Shown here piece after piece: positions 49,301-58,417 of a stretch of DNA of 64,000 nt. The DNA comes from a virus (Duplodnaviria; Heunggongvirae; Uroviricota; Caudoviricetes), in IMG/VR virus record IMGVR_UViG_2718218304_000001, positions 32,001 to 96,000 of that record. One strand, written 5' to 3'. How positions within the stretch are numbered: the stretch's first letter is position 1; the number at the start of each line of letters is the position of its first letter. Both the position numbers and the translations under genes were made by a program. A model generated the notes under the pieces. That model worked only from the letters and a program-made list of their open reading frames with translations, searched no databases and was not told where the DNA came from.

Positions 49301-49858
49301 GAATGGGGTAGGGTGCGGATAAACCACGCTATAGAAGTTGTCTTTCCCGCCCGCTGTAATCAGTGAGCTTATGATTTTTGCAAAATCGTTGCGTTGGAAC
49401 ACGCTACCGATGTCGGAAGTGAGCAGGATGATGTTGCCTTTGGCATATGTAGAAACCAACTGTTCGAGCGAGAGACGCGGTACAAAGTAGAACTGTTCTC
49501 GTGTGTTGGCCACCGTCATTAGTTCGCAGATGTCGCGATATCCTTGCTCATTTTTAATTAGAGCGGTAAACGAGTAGTTACGTCCCCGCTCTAATGATTC
49601 CATACATCTCATAGATTCTTTAGCAAGTTTAGCCCGGTGCTCGTATGTGGGATCATCAACGATATTTAGTTTCACACCACAAATAACCGCCATGTCGTCA
49701 CCAGCGGCACGTTGTAGTGGAATAACACTCGCAATATTCATGCTATCTGCTGAAATTACAGCGGTGTAGCCAGCTTCTCTGGCAATCTTCACCGCGTTTT
49801 CTGCTTTTAGAGCCGACTCCCCAAGTGAGAAGTCAGTTCGAACCATCAGTGCTTTCAT
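46352..49858 (-). CDS. DNA polymerase III alpha-type (DnaE-like) replicative polymerase with PHP domain
   Basis: GPGRGSSAGSLVAWCIGIT and FNKSHSVAYSLISYQSMWLK signatures; the C-terminal ~190 aa does not resemble the host DnaE C-terminus. Confidence 0.85.
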   Translation of the reverse strand: MKALMVRTDFSLGESALKAENAVKIAREAGYTAVISADSMNIASVIPLQRAAGDDMAVICGVKLNIVDDPTYEHRAKLAKESMRCMESLERGRNYSFTALIKNEQGYRDICELMTVANTREQFYFVPRLSLEQLVSTYAKGNIILLTSDIGSVFQRNDFAKIISSLITAGGKDNFYSVVYPHPTPFYDQINVRAMKVASALKIEPVAFYPAYYESIDDADIKDIAHMVTNNIKIDQPHRLRIPHQRDNAVNGRRHLLEALKAFSVRMDVPVTAAMASTTQDSIIEACTWRWHELPPALPKMADDEPATLMKLAVAGLRKRLTTKEFGYTPPASENRVYVERLKYEMDTLTRLGFCGYFLMVRDLMNHSRETGIPVGPGRGSSAGSLVAWCIGITNVDPIRHGLLFERFINPERLDLPDADLDFSQARRHEVIEYLNERYGEDYVAGIPNFTYLGAASALRDTARIYGVESADMAVSKELKNVEDDSLPLEELREQLASLDKYATKYPDAFNAACKLQSLMRGFGRHAAGMIVAGVPLTERTPVERRGDARCIAFDKRYCEAMGLIKLDVLGLATLDLLDSAKRYIKENTGEDINLDAISLEDRKVLDGFAAGYTQGVFQLESGPMRKLLKDLGGGIEPMSFKTVVATTALFRPGPIQSGMLDDYVSVAKGFMAPHSIHPRLEEVTRETNGVLLYQEQIMQSSRVLAGFSMAEADALRSAIGKKNMDKMKAIGSDFVERAQAGWVTLSLKNGGTVEVHKHAKLDCSDGKRRSYSEAISDGIDYVEIVSEQEGLSKEKAQEIWDAFEKFGGYAFNKSHSVAYSLISYQSMWLKTHYPAEFFAAALTILGEDKHQGLVKDALTYGIRVLPPDVNVSSNRIEIRTLEDGSQALYAPFSAVKGCSENGCQAIMRAREKVGGKFESVAQFDEAVEKRACNSRVRESLHKVGAFASIEPGSLPATDPERLRDQAELMGNLIIDAVKASRPFEMNPKRSAEINVLMTRMADEMGLGEELIRPTIGIKPKIMIILDNANGNDARTGYFMENGYDDFKAKLLTVGDLRMGDLYVTGVCKKVKDKEKDYTKDEIGQFTDFMREEINLVRPTYILTCGSRSTALFNNKSKPSDLIGRKEYFPELDATVFYGFNPNILYFRPEEGERLEAILADIAETINK

Positions 49859-50042
49859 GTGTTTTTACCTTTATGGTTTTTTTGATTTTGTCATTGGGGA
49901 AGCCTACGAACTTCCCATACATCGAAATCGCAACTTCTTTTGCTGATTGGTGACAATCGGGCTTGTCTGGACATACCAGACAAGCCTTACCAGTTTCAGA
50001 AGCCGCGATAAGAGAGCCGAAACATCCTTTACGCACGATCAA
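49833..50042 (-). CDS. small Cys-containing hypothetical protein
   Basis: 69 aa with several Cys; overlaps the polymerase start by 26 nt. Confidence 0.25.
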   Translation of the reverse strand: MIVRKGCFGSLIAASETGKACLVCPDKPDCHQSAKEVAISMYGKFVGFPNDKIKKTIKVKTHESTDGSN

Positions 50043-51274
50043 CCAAATATTTTTTGAACAACTTCACGAGCCGCTTGTGCAGAAGCTGAAGGGAGTTTGT
50101 TAATGAAAGAACGCTCAATACCTGTCACAAAGTCGCCTCGCATCATTCCAATCTTGGCCGACAACAAAAGTTCACGAGGGCCAATTGGCTGACTGATAAG
50201 GTGTTCTTCGTATCCATCGCGAACGATACCGGCAAACTTAACCATCTTTTCTGCGTATTCATCCACGATGCCGGCATTTATCAACATGTTGATCTCTGCC
50301 TCTTTGCTCATGTATTTCACATTCGAAACGATGCCAAAACGCGAAAAGTTCGCGGCGTTCTGGATGTTTGTACCCTGGTACAAGCCGGTTTCATCACCAG
50401 ATCCGTTCGTGTTGCCAGTGCCAATGAAAGCAAACCGGTCATGCGGAGTAATGCGACGCCATTCTGGAGTCGCCTCTTTGATGACCAACGCTTCACCTTC
50501 CAGCACTGGCTGATACACGCCAAGAATCTGTGGAAACGCAAAGTCGTATTCATCCGCGAGGTAAACCCAGCCATGCTTCATTGCGAGCGCAAGCAAGCCA
50601 GGCTCGAAATACGTAGAGCCATCACGCGCCAGAATTTGCCCCGTAACATGTGCCTCTTCCATTGATGCTGTATGTTGGGCACGGATCAACGGACGATTGA
50701 GCAAAGCACATAGCTGTGTAGGCAATGTCGATTTGCCTGTTCCTGCATGACCCCACAAATAGCCAGGTATGCCAAGTTCAAGCATCATGAAAATATCTTT
50801 GATCAGTTCGAAGTCGCCATATACGTAGCCCTTCTTCACTTCTGGAACGAACTCTGGATACGGCGTATTGACGTTGACGCTAACCATGAGCGGCGTCCCA
50901 CGTTTTGTTCCGAGTTCTTCCACCGTTACGTTTAGCAGTTCGTGAGCTGCGACCAGATCTGTCTTGTACTCAACTGTGCCTGTGTAGCCAGGGCTACTGG
51001 TCAAGCCAGAAGATTTGGCCATTTCGCTTTTTTGCTCGGCACGTTTAGCTTGAATTGCATCAAGTGCCTTTTTCGATAGCGTTGGTTCATCTGGAAACTG
51101 CGTTGTGTACATTTTCAGTACGGTGTCAGGATCGGCATCTTTTACTGACTCAGGAATGCCCTCGCAATTACCATTGGCTACATGGGACTTAAAATAGTGA
51201 AATGATTTGCCGCACCACTTGCAAACAAGGTAATCAGAATGATTTTTTTCATTTTGCAGTGCAGTAGTCGTCAT
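50039..51274 (-). CDS. MoxR/CobS-like AAA+ ATPase with N-terminal Cys motif
   Basis: Walker A GHAGTGKST, Walker B-like YLADEYD. Confidence 0.6.
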   Translation of the reverse strand: MTTTALQNEKNHSDYLVCKWCGKSFHYFKSHVANGNCEGIPESVKDADPDTVLKMYTTQFPDEPTLSKKALDAIQAKRAEQKSEMAKSSGLTSSPGYTGTVEYKTDLVAAHELLNVTVEELGTKRGTPLMVSVNVNTPYPEFVPEVKKGYVYGDFELIKDIFMMLELGIPGYLWGHAGTGKSTLPTQLCALLNRPLIRAQHTASMEEAHVTGQILARDGSTYFEPGLLALAMKHGWVYLADEYDFAFPQILGVYQPVLEGEALVIKEATPEWRRITPHDRFAFIGTGNTNGSGDETGLYQGTNIQNAANFSRFGIVSNVKYMSKEAEINMLINAGIVDEYAEKMVKFAGIVRDGYEEHLISQPIGPRELLLSAKIGMMRGDFVTGIERSFINKLPSASAQAAREVVQKIFG

Positions 51275-51369
51275 GCGTTTTTCCTTTGTTCTCTAATGAG
51301 CGTTCAACTTCTTATATAAATATACCATTAACTATCGTAAGTAGTTACTTATCATCAAGGCTGTTTTAT

Positions 51370-53478
51370 TCACTTCAAAATGATACGAGATAGTTCAGTA
51401 ACTACAGATGAACCAAGACTATCAACGCTCGTTACCAGGGCATGATTTGAGTAAAATCTCTCCGGTGCGTCAGTCATGATGCCAATTGCCATCAAATCAA
51501 TGTCAGTCTGCGTTTCAATTTGCTTCGCAACCGAACGCAAATGAGCGTCAAAACCTCTCCCAACAGCCCACGGCTCGCCATCGCTCAGAACAAGCATGAT
51601 CTTCCTGTCCTCCATGCGACCGGAAAATAACGATGCAAGGCTGGCTATGCTTTCACCATCCACGTTATTAAGAAGTGGGAATGTGTAGCCTACGCACCCC
51701 ATACGTGAGCGAACTTCGCGAGAATTTACCTTTTCATTCCAATTTTTGATGATAGGTAGCATTAAAGATTCAAAGCGAGAGAACTCATACTTGACAGCCT
51801 TAAGTTCTCCTGCCGCCATATGACTACCAAATGTAGTGAAGCCGGTGATAATGTTGGGAACATTTATTCGATCAAGGGCATCGGCGATGGTATATGCACT
51901 TGCAAGAGCCAATTGTATCGTTATACCCCTCATTGAACCTGATAAATCAATCACTTGTTGAACACAGGCGTTAACGGCTTTAGATTCTTCTTTTTTACGA
52001 AACACGCGATCATCATTCATTGCTAATCTGTAGATACTAGAACCATGAATGCGCCCCCGACGCTGGCCCGGTATAAACTGAACTCTGTTTCTGCTTGCTA
52101 TTGCTCGCTCCAGGTCTTTTGCCAGCGTCGACGAAACACCTGACGAAAGATGCTTTTCAATATATTTGTCGAAGAGCTGGTTGCCTTCAGGAACGATGCG
52201 ATAGCGGCTGATTGGACATCCTCCTAAATCAATATCGGAGAATGTTTTAATAAGCCGTTTGATATGGGCTTCTGCCTGATCAATCGAGCCGATGAAGTCG
52301 TATGAGCGATTGTATGGCCTGTATTCGCTTTTCGAGCTTTCTGTTAACTCGCTTTTAATCGTTTCGGATAGAGCATCTTCTGTCATGCCTCCGACTTCAT
52401 CTTCTATGCTATCCAGCTCCTCTAAAGCCTCTTCCAGACTCATTTTTGACGGAGTTGGGATATCTGAAGAGCCGTCTTCTGTCGTTTTTCTTTTTTCGTG
52501 GTCAGCGGTAAATGATTCTGACACCGCGTTATCAGAAGCATCAGAATCTGATACCTCTTTATCATTTTCTGTATCATCGAATATTGTTTCTGATGATTCA
52601 GAATTATCTGAATCATCATCGTCGTTATTATCATGTTTGTGCTTACTGTGTGATTCTGATTTGATAGATTTGTGATTATCTAACGCTGAGGGTGTCTCAT
52701 GATCTTCGTTGTCTTCATTGTTTTCTCCAGAGGCATCCGTCTGGTCAGCGTCTGAAGGATCGGAAGTTTTTCCCGGAGCTGACTCCTTACCTTTGCTTTC
52801 ACTTTCACTGTCTTTGAGGATCTTAGCTATGATCGCAGCCACCTTTACACAATCCTCGGTGCAAGACATGTTACGCACGGCCACATCGATACCATGTTCT
52901 TTTAATAATGAAATTGGTTTCTCAATGACAGGCCAATATTCATCCATGAAATCTACGAACGGTGCTTGGCCATCCCAGGCTCTTACAACCGGACAGAGAA
53001 AGAAGTTTAGAAAAAGCGCGCGCTGATCTTTGCCACAATAAGCAATAGCCTCTGAAGCCTTTGGTTTAAAGACTTTTTCGATTATAAGGCGCTGAGTTGC
53101 CATCAGATTACGTCTTGTTCCGTTAAAGACCTGACCCATTTTTCGCTCGATGAACACGTCTTCTAAGGCATTCCATAGCGACCAGGAAGGAACGCGTCCT
53201 TTTTCTCTCATTTTGTTGGACACACGAATATCGGTAAACAAAATGTGAGCAACCTCATGATCGAGAAATCCGCGCACAGCATTCATCAATGCCGGTGTTG
53301 CGTTATCCGGGATTGATGGGATGTTTACGAGAATTGGCTCTCCATCATCGTTATAGCGTACATAAGCGTCGTCCCCTCGTTCTGCAACAGGGATGTTTTT
53401 ACCTGAAAGGAGAGCGACTACTCGTTTTACACTGTCACGGAAGTCCTGAACCTCTTTGATGGAACGTTTTTTAGACAT
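51370..53478 (-). CDS. CobT-like protein with C-terminal von Willebrand A domain and acidic low-complexity linker
   Basis: MIDAS-like DLSGS motif near the C-terminus; long Asp/Ser/Glu-rich middle segment. Confidence 0.55.
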   Translation of the reverse strand: MSKKRSIKEVQDFRDSVKRVVALLSGKNIPVAERGDDAYVRYNDDGEPILVNIPSIPDNATPALMNAVRGFLDHEVAHILFTDIRVSNKMREKGRVPSWSLWNALEDVFIERKMGQVFNGTRRNLMATQRLIIEKVFKPKASEAIAYCGKDQRALFLNFFLCPVVRAWDGQAPFVDFMDEYWPVIEKPISLLKEHGIDVAVRNMSCTEDCVKVAAIIAKILKDSESESKGKESAPGKTSDPSDADQTDASGENNEDNEDHETPSALDNHKSIKSESHSKHKHDNNDDDDSDNSESSETIFDDTENDKEVSDSDASDNAVSESFTADHEKRKTTEDGSSDIPTPSKMSLEEALEELDSIEDEVGGMTEDALSETIKSELTESSKSEYRPYNRSYDFIGSIDQAEAHIKRLIKTFSDIDLGGCPISRYRIVPEGNQLFDKYIEKHLSSGVSSTLAKDLERAIASRNRVQFIPGQRRGRIHGSSIYRLAMNDDRVFRKKEESKAVNACVQQVIDLSGSMRGITIQLALASAYTIADALDRINVPNIITGFTTFGSHMAAGELKAVKYEFSRFESLMLPIIKNWNEKVNSREVRSRMGCVGYTFPLLNNVDGESIASLASLFSGRMEDRKIMLVLSDGEPWAVGRGFDAHLRSVAKQIETQTDIDLMAIGIMTDAPERFYSNHALVTSVDSLGSSVVTELSRIILK

Positions 53479-53576
53479 GGCTAATCCTTTGTTATGAAAA
53501 CAAATTATTTACTAGTGTGTTTAATGTAGCACTGCGCGAACAGGGAACTAAGCCATTCGCGCAGGGAGAAGAGGGG

Positions 53577-53789
53577 TTAACAGATTCTGACGGCTAAAGA
53601 CCAGGAGCCGGTATTGAGAAGCGTGAAGCGTTTGTTGTTAAGTTCGAATATAAAGCCAGTTGTGTCATTCACACCAACCTGAATCTGCTCATTCGGTAGA
53701 TCGGTGAGGATGTCAGCTACACACTCATCAGCTAATTTCTGTACGTGTCCGATCTCAAGAGCGATTAGGCTGGAAATAGTGGTGTTCAT
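53577..53789 (-). CDS. hypothetical small protein
   Basis: ORF track only. Confidence 0.3.
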   Translation of the reverse strand: MNTTISSLIALEIGHVQKLADECVADILTDLPNEQIQVGVNDTTGFIFELNNKRFTLLNTGSWSLAVRIC

Positions 53790-54040
53790 TCAATCAATCC
53801 ATTCTAACTTATACTATGGTAAGGAATACTACTAAAATTTGTATCAATACTGAATACATTCATATCATATGCAAGTTGATTTTCTTACCTGTTTTGGGCT
53901 AATTTTTCTCCGTGCAATGGCCTTTAACCGGTCTTTTAAGTGCCTATCGAAAAAAATGATAATAGCTTTACAACCCTAACCTTTGATGTAATATCGGTAA
54001 GCACTTACCAGAGAGAATTGAACGCGCAAAGGTTGTAACC

Positions 54041-54427
54041 ATGTCTGATAACAAGATTGAATTTATAGAAAGTCGCTACGCTGCTTTTATCGCAGGGTTG
54101 ATTGAATCCTCACCTATGAGTCAGGCCCAAATAGCCAGACTTATTGGTTATAAAAATGCCAACAACCTTTCTTTAATTAAAAGTGGCAAAATTCCTTTGC
54201 CTATCGATAAGGTTCGTCCGTTGGCGCTGGCGCTGGGTATTGAGCCAAGTCGTCTTATGATGATGGTGCTGGAAGAACGCCAACCTGAACTCGCAGCATT
54301 TTTATACAAAGAAGGCACCGCTCCTCTTAACGAGGACGAAAAACAGGTTCTTGCTGCATATAACGAGCGATTCGGTAAAGAGAAAGGCGCATCACAAAAG
54401 GTTGTTGAGGCCATAAAGTCTCTATGA
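54041..54427 (+). CDS. helix-turn-helix (XRE-like) DNA-binding regulator
   Basis: MSQAQIARLIGYKNANNLSLIKSGK is HTH-like; convergent with the recombinase gene. Confidence 0.5.
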   Translation: MSDNKIEFIESRYAAFIAGLIESSPMSQAQIARLIGYKNANNLSLIKSGKIPLPIDKVRPLALALGIEPSRLMMMVLEERQPELAAFLYKEGTAPLNEDEKQVLAAYNERFGKEKGASQKVVEAIKSL

Positions 54428-55525
54428 AAAATTTACACGAATAAGCTCTGTTGATAGACGATCTCCCTTGAATTTGTGGTCAATTTCGTCTAAATCCGGT
54501 TGCTCTACGATTGATGCGATGTACGTCGAGAAACTTTCTAAGGCGTCTCGCATCTCGTCCATATAATCGTGCCGGTCGTAGACTCGATCTATCCCCTCAA
54601 GACTGTGGTTCATGATTTTGCGTGATACCTCCTGGCTTATGCCTAATGCTGGGAAGTAACTACGCGCAGTACGGCGCAAGTCTCGGGGTGTAAATGGCTC
54701 AAGCTCCATCAGTTCTGGTCGTTCCAGAATACGACGTAATGCCTGGGCTATTGCCACTTTAGACATAGGAAGGTCTTTCCCGATTTTTTTATTCGAAGGC
54801 ACGAGCCACTGGCTGTCTTTACCATATTCGAACAACTCTTCAATACAAGTGCGCATTAATGAGCTTAAAGGCAGAGAATGCTCACGGGCAGATTTGTTCC
54901 TCTTGCCTTGATTCCAAACCCCACGCTTAAGATTGAACTCACTTTTTTTAGCCCGCAGTACTTCGTCAGGTCGTCTTGCGGATACAAGACATAGCCTGGC
55001 AGCCCATTTTGTACCAGCACACACATTGAAGTAGTCCCATATATTCCAGAACACCCATACCTCTGCGTCGGTCAGCTTCCGCTCGCGAGGTGTGGGCTTT
55101 GCGCCACCGGCAACTTTGTTAAGTGACATATCGTTTAACGGTGACACGTCTATCATCCCCTGGAAGGCGCACCAGCTAAGGAACTGCTTCATCAGAGAGA
55201 AAACGCGGCGGCCCATAACAATTTTGCCATCCAGTATTAGTGGGTTGACCAGTTGGTTCACCATGAACCTATTAATGTCACTTACTTTTACATCGGCAAT
55301 GTGCGGCAAAACATGTATCAAAATACAATGAACAGCGATCTCTGGCCGACGTCTGGTTATCAGCAGAGATAAGCGAGTGAATAACATGAATGCGTCCGAG
55401 AATCTCATGTCATTGCTAACCTGCGAGATCATAACGGCCTGCATTTGAGATGCTCTTTCGAGATACTCTATCGCCTCTTTTGAGGTGTTCTCCGCAGCGC
55501 GTGCTCTGTCAAAGCTATTTTTCAT
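54422..55525 (-). CDS. tyrosine site-specific recombinase (integrase or resolvase)
   Basis: C-terminal catalytic region with RDLRRTA...MNHS...RVYDRHDY (R..H..R..Y). Confidence 0.8.
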   Translation of the reverse strand: MKNSFDRARAAENTSKEAIEYLERASQMQAVMISQVSNDMRFSDAFMLFTRLSLLITRRRPEIAVHCILIHVLPHIADVKVSDINRFMVNQLVNPLILDGKIVMGRRVFSLMKQFLSWCAFQGMIDVSPLNDMSLNKVAGGAKPTPRERKLTDAEVWVFWNIWDYFNVCAGTKWAARLCLVSARRPDEVLRAKKSEFNLKRGVWNQGKRNKSAREHSLPLSSLMRTCIEELFEYGKDSQWLVPSNKKIGKDLPMSKVAIAQALRRILERPELMELEPFTPRDLRRTARSYFPALGISQEVSRKIMNHSLEGIDRVYDRHDYMDEMRDALESFSTYIASIVEQPDLDEIDHKFKGDRLSTELIRVNFS

Positions 55526-55623
55526 ATGACAATCACCGAGTTACGCCGATGTACTGTATAAGTAAACAGTATATTAGGCATAGATTCTTATAGGATCAAG
55601 AGTAAAAGTAACTCATTTTTACT

Positions 55624-55656
55624 AATGATTCCATACATAGTAGGTATGGAATCATT
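55624..55656. promoter_or_regulatory. lox-like recombination site candidate: perfect 13-bp inverted repeat around a 7-bp spacer
   Basis: AATGATTCCATAC-ATAGTAG-GTATGGAATCATT, ~100 bp upstream of the recombinase start. Confidence 0.5.
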
Positions 55657-55735
55657 TTGACGTTGTTTTTTGAATTTTAAGGGAAATGGGAGTGAGTTTG
55701 GTGGGAATAAAAACGGCTCCTGTGAGCCGTTAAAA

Positions 55736-55981
55736 TCAGAGGGTGCTGACGTATGCAGCCAGTTCTGTGTATCCGCCAATCGGCTGGCCATCGATCAGCA
55801 CCTGGGGGATAGTCTCTACCGGTTTACCAACAATTTCACTTAGTTTTTCCTTGTCGATACCGGCAGTGGTGATGTCGATGTACTCATAATCACCGTAGCC
55901 ATGTCCCTTTAGTTGCTTCGCCAGCTCGACCGCACGTTTGCAGTATGAGCAGTTATCTCGTCCGTAGATAGTGATCGTCAT
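55736..55981 (-). CDS. glutaredoxin-like protein
   Basis: CSYC active-site motif near the N-terminus of an 81-aa protein. Confidence 0.65.
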   Translation of the reverse strand: MTITIYGRDNCSYCKRAVELAKQLKGHGYGDYEYIDITTAGIDKEKLSEIVGKPVETIPQVLIDGQPIGGYTELAAYVSTL

Positions 55982-56328
55982 TGCTTTGCCTCATGCCACT
56001 TTTGCTTCAGGAGATAGCCTTCCAGGGGCCAGATTTGATCGATAGCATCTTTTCGAGCGTACTCGCGACCAACATCAAAGTTGAAGATTTCTGGTCTTAC
56101 GCACGCAGATTTTCCCGTTACGGTATATCCATTTTTGAGAACCATAACGCAGAACGTTAAGAGTTTTAACGACTCATGACCTTTGTCGATATCTGTTTTT
56201 GAATTGTAAACAGAGATGAAGTTATCCCCGTGGCTGGCATCATATGCAGTGAAATAATGTTCACTTTGAATGAGTTGTTCAATGTGTTCAGGGGTGACTT
56301 TTAGTGGTGTGTTATCTTTGCTGGTCAT
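55978..56328 (-). CDS. hypothetical protein
   Basis: ORF track; stop/start overlap with the glutaredoxin-like gene. Confidence 0.3.
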   Translation of the reverse strand: MTSKDNTPLKVTPEHIEQLIQSEHYFTAYDASHGDNFISVYNSKTDIDKGHESLKLLTFCVMVLKNGYTVTGKSACVRPEIFNFDVGREYARKDAIDQIWPLEGYLLKQKWHEAKQ

Positions 56329-56549
56329 TATTTCTTCCTACAAAGTTCGTAGACTTGACTCTTTCAGTTGCAAAAAAGGGGCCGAAGCCCCTTTGAATTT
56401 TGCGCTGAAAAAAAGTGTTGCTAGGATGTTAGCAAGCTATGGTTAAGAACGTCTGCCGTAATTGTCTATCACAGCGTTGAGCGGTCTGGTTTATGTTAGC
56501 GGAGTCTTAATCTGGGTGATTAAAAGGCCAAACCGCTCAACGCTGTGTC

Positions 56550-56636
56550 TGGCGGAGAGTAATGGAATCGAACCATCATCGCTTGCGCAATGGGACGGTT
56601 TTCAAGACCGCTTGAGCACCATGCTCCCTACTCTCC
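56550..56636 (-). tRNA. tRNA-Ser (anticodon UGA), long variable arm
   Basis: Hand-folded: acceptor GGAGAGT/ACTCTCC, anticodon loop CUUGAAA, T-loop TTCGATT, encoded CCA; D-arm is atypical. Confidence 0.5.
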
Positions 56637-56956
56637 AGCTATTGTGATGGTCGGTGCTGAACTCCGACACAGGGTTGTAGCAAGCCCCGCAAAGCGCGCA
56701 CTACTGTAGTTGCGGCACATCAGCCTGTGCATTCATCACAACGGTAAGATCACTACCTTTCGACCAGTCATTGTGCACATGAACGACGATTAACCGTAAT
56801 GATCTTATCGTTGTGTTGTGAAGCCAGATGCTTATCTTCTGGTTGCTTCAAAGAGCTGCACTTCCTCACAACGGTAAGAGCACTGGTCTGACTCTATCGA
56901 TTTACGGGCTTGTGGGTCAGTATCGCCGATTCGCCCAATGCTCTTACCTGTTGTGT

Positions 56957-57032
56957 TGGTGCCGGTTAACGGGATCGAACCGCTGACATCCTGCTTACAA
57001 GGCAGACGCTCTACCAACTGAGCTAAACCGGC
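56957..57032 (-). tRNA. tRNA-Thr (anticodon UGU)
   Basis: Hand-folded: acceptor GCCGGTT/AACCGGC, D-arm GCTCAGTTGGTAGAGC, anticodon loop CUUGUAA, T-loop TTCGATC, CCA. Confidence 0.7.
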
Positions 57033-57036
57033 AATT

Positions 57037-57123
57037 TGGTGGGGAGTGATGGAGTCGAACCACCCGAGTCGCAATGACAGTAGATTTACAGTCTACCCCG
57101 CTGCCCCTACGGACTAACTCCCC
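57037..57123 (-). tRNA. tRNA-Tyr (anticodon GUA), long variable arm
   Basis: Hand-folded: acceptor GGGGAGT/ACTCCCC, anticodon loop CUGUAAA, T-loop TTCGACT, CCA. Confidence 0.6.
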
Positions 57124-57128
57124 TAAAT

Positions 57129-57203
57129 TGGCGATGGTGGGTGGATTCGAACCACCGACCAGTTGGTTAACAGCCAACTGCTCTACCGCTGAGCTACACC
57201 ATC
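57129..57203 (-). tRNA. tRNA-Asn (anticodon GUU)
   Basis: Hand-folded: acceptor GATGGTG/CACCATC, D-arm GCTCAGCGGTAGAGC, anticodon loop CUGUUAA, T-loop TTCGAAT, CCA. Confidence 0.7.
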
Positions 57204-57981
57204 AATTCAGCACTGCCAGTATTTATTACTCAACAGTGCCAATCGCGACGGTTTAGTTTCTGCCAGGAAACGCACCGCTACTTGCACTTTTCGTTAGTGC
57301 CAGACGCTTTCGACTTCGCTCAATAGTAGAAGGCAAAATCTTTAAGTAGATGATGTTTCTGAGGACAGCACCTACTTTGTAATTTATACAATGTGATGTA
57401 TGGAATCATTTGTTGTGAAAACAGGCACCAATGGCAACAGTGGTTAAACCTACACAACAATCCTGTCTTCACAACGTTGAGGCCACTACTCCGATTGAAT
57501 GTTTGCCCAACATGTTACATATCAACGCTCGCCGGTATCTCTGTGAATAGAACCTTAGAATTGATAAAAATGTAATGGCCTCAACGTTGTGTGCTGGCTA
57601 ACCATACCAGCCGGGCTACGTCGCCGCTTTTTAACCCAGTATAAACGACATAATTGAACAAAATGACGTAACAGGATGGGCGGTCAGTGGCTAAGAATCC
57701 GGGAGTCATATGGAGTTGAAAATATACCAACCGCCCATTCTGTTACTTCATCGGAGGGAACATGAATGTTCCCTCCTGCGTTCTGCAATCACACTCGCTC
57801 AGTGTGTCCCATTTCGGTAACGAGGCTGGAAACTGACCTCGCTGGTGTTTGGCTTATTAGGCTACTGCCAGATAGACTTCTTCGTTTGCACTTGTATTTA
57901 AGTTCAAACAGTCGCGTCTCAACGAAAACAAAGTCATCTTATACATAAAAGATAAGTAAGTAAATACTTATCACCATGTTT

Positions 57982-58272
57982 TTATTCGGTTGTGACTTTT
58001 TTGATCAAGGCCACTCTACGACTAGGTGTTCTTGTGATGGTGGCAGTGAATCGTTTCGCTTGGATAGTAATGGTTTCGTTCTCCTTAAGTTGCCCGTAGC
58101 GAGTTTCCACCAGGGTGCCAAGACGCCACAGACCATCATCGATACGTTTATGACTGGCAAATTTAATCAGCAGCAGTTTTACGACTAACTGACCTACGTA
58201 AAAGGCGAATGCGACTCCGGCCGCTAAGAAATAGGTGGCCAACCACCAGTCCCAAGAAGTTAAATTGCTCAT
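57982..58272 (-). CDS. membrane-anchored hypothetical protein
   Basis: N-terminal hydrophobic helix (WWLATYFLAAGVAFAFYVGQLVV). Confidence 0.35.
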   Translation of the reverse strand: MSNLTSWDWWLATYFLAAGVAFAFYVGQLVVKLLLIKFASHKRIDDGLWRLGTLVETRYGQLKENETITIQAKRFTATITRTPSRRVALIKKVTTE

Positions 58273-58417
58273 TTTCTAACCTTTGTTTCATGAACTACCC
58301 GATACACACGCTTTCCGATGCACAGTGTTTTGGTTTTAAGTTCCTGCTTAATTAAATCACGACAGATGCCGAAGCCGATAAGGAAGCCACCCATAAAAGC
58401 TAATGAGATGTATGGAA

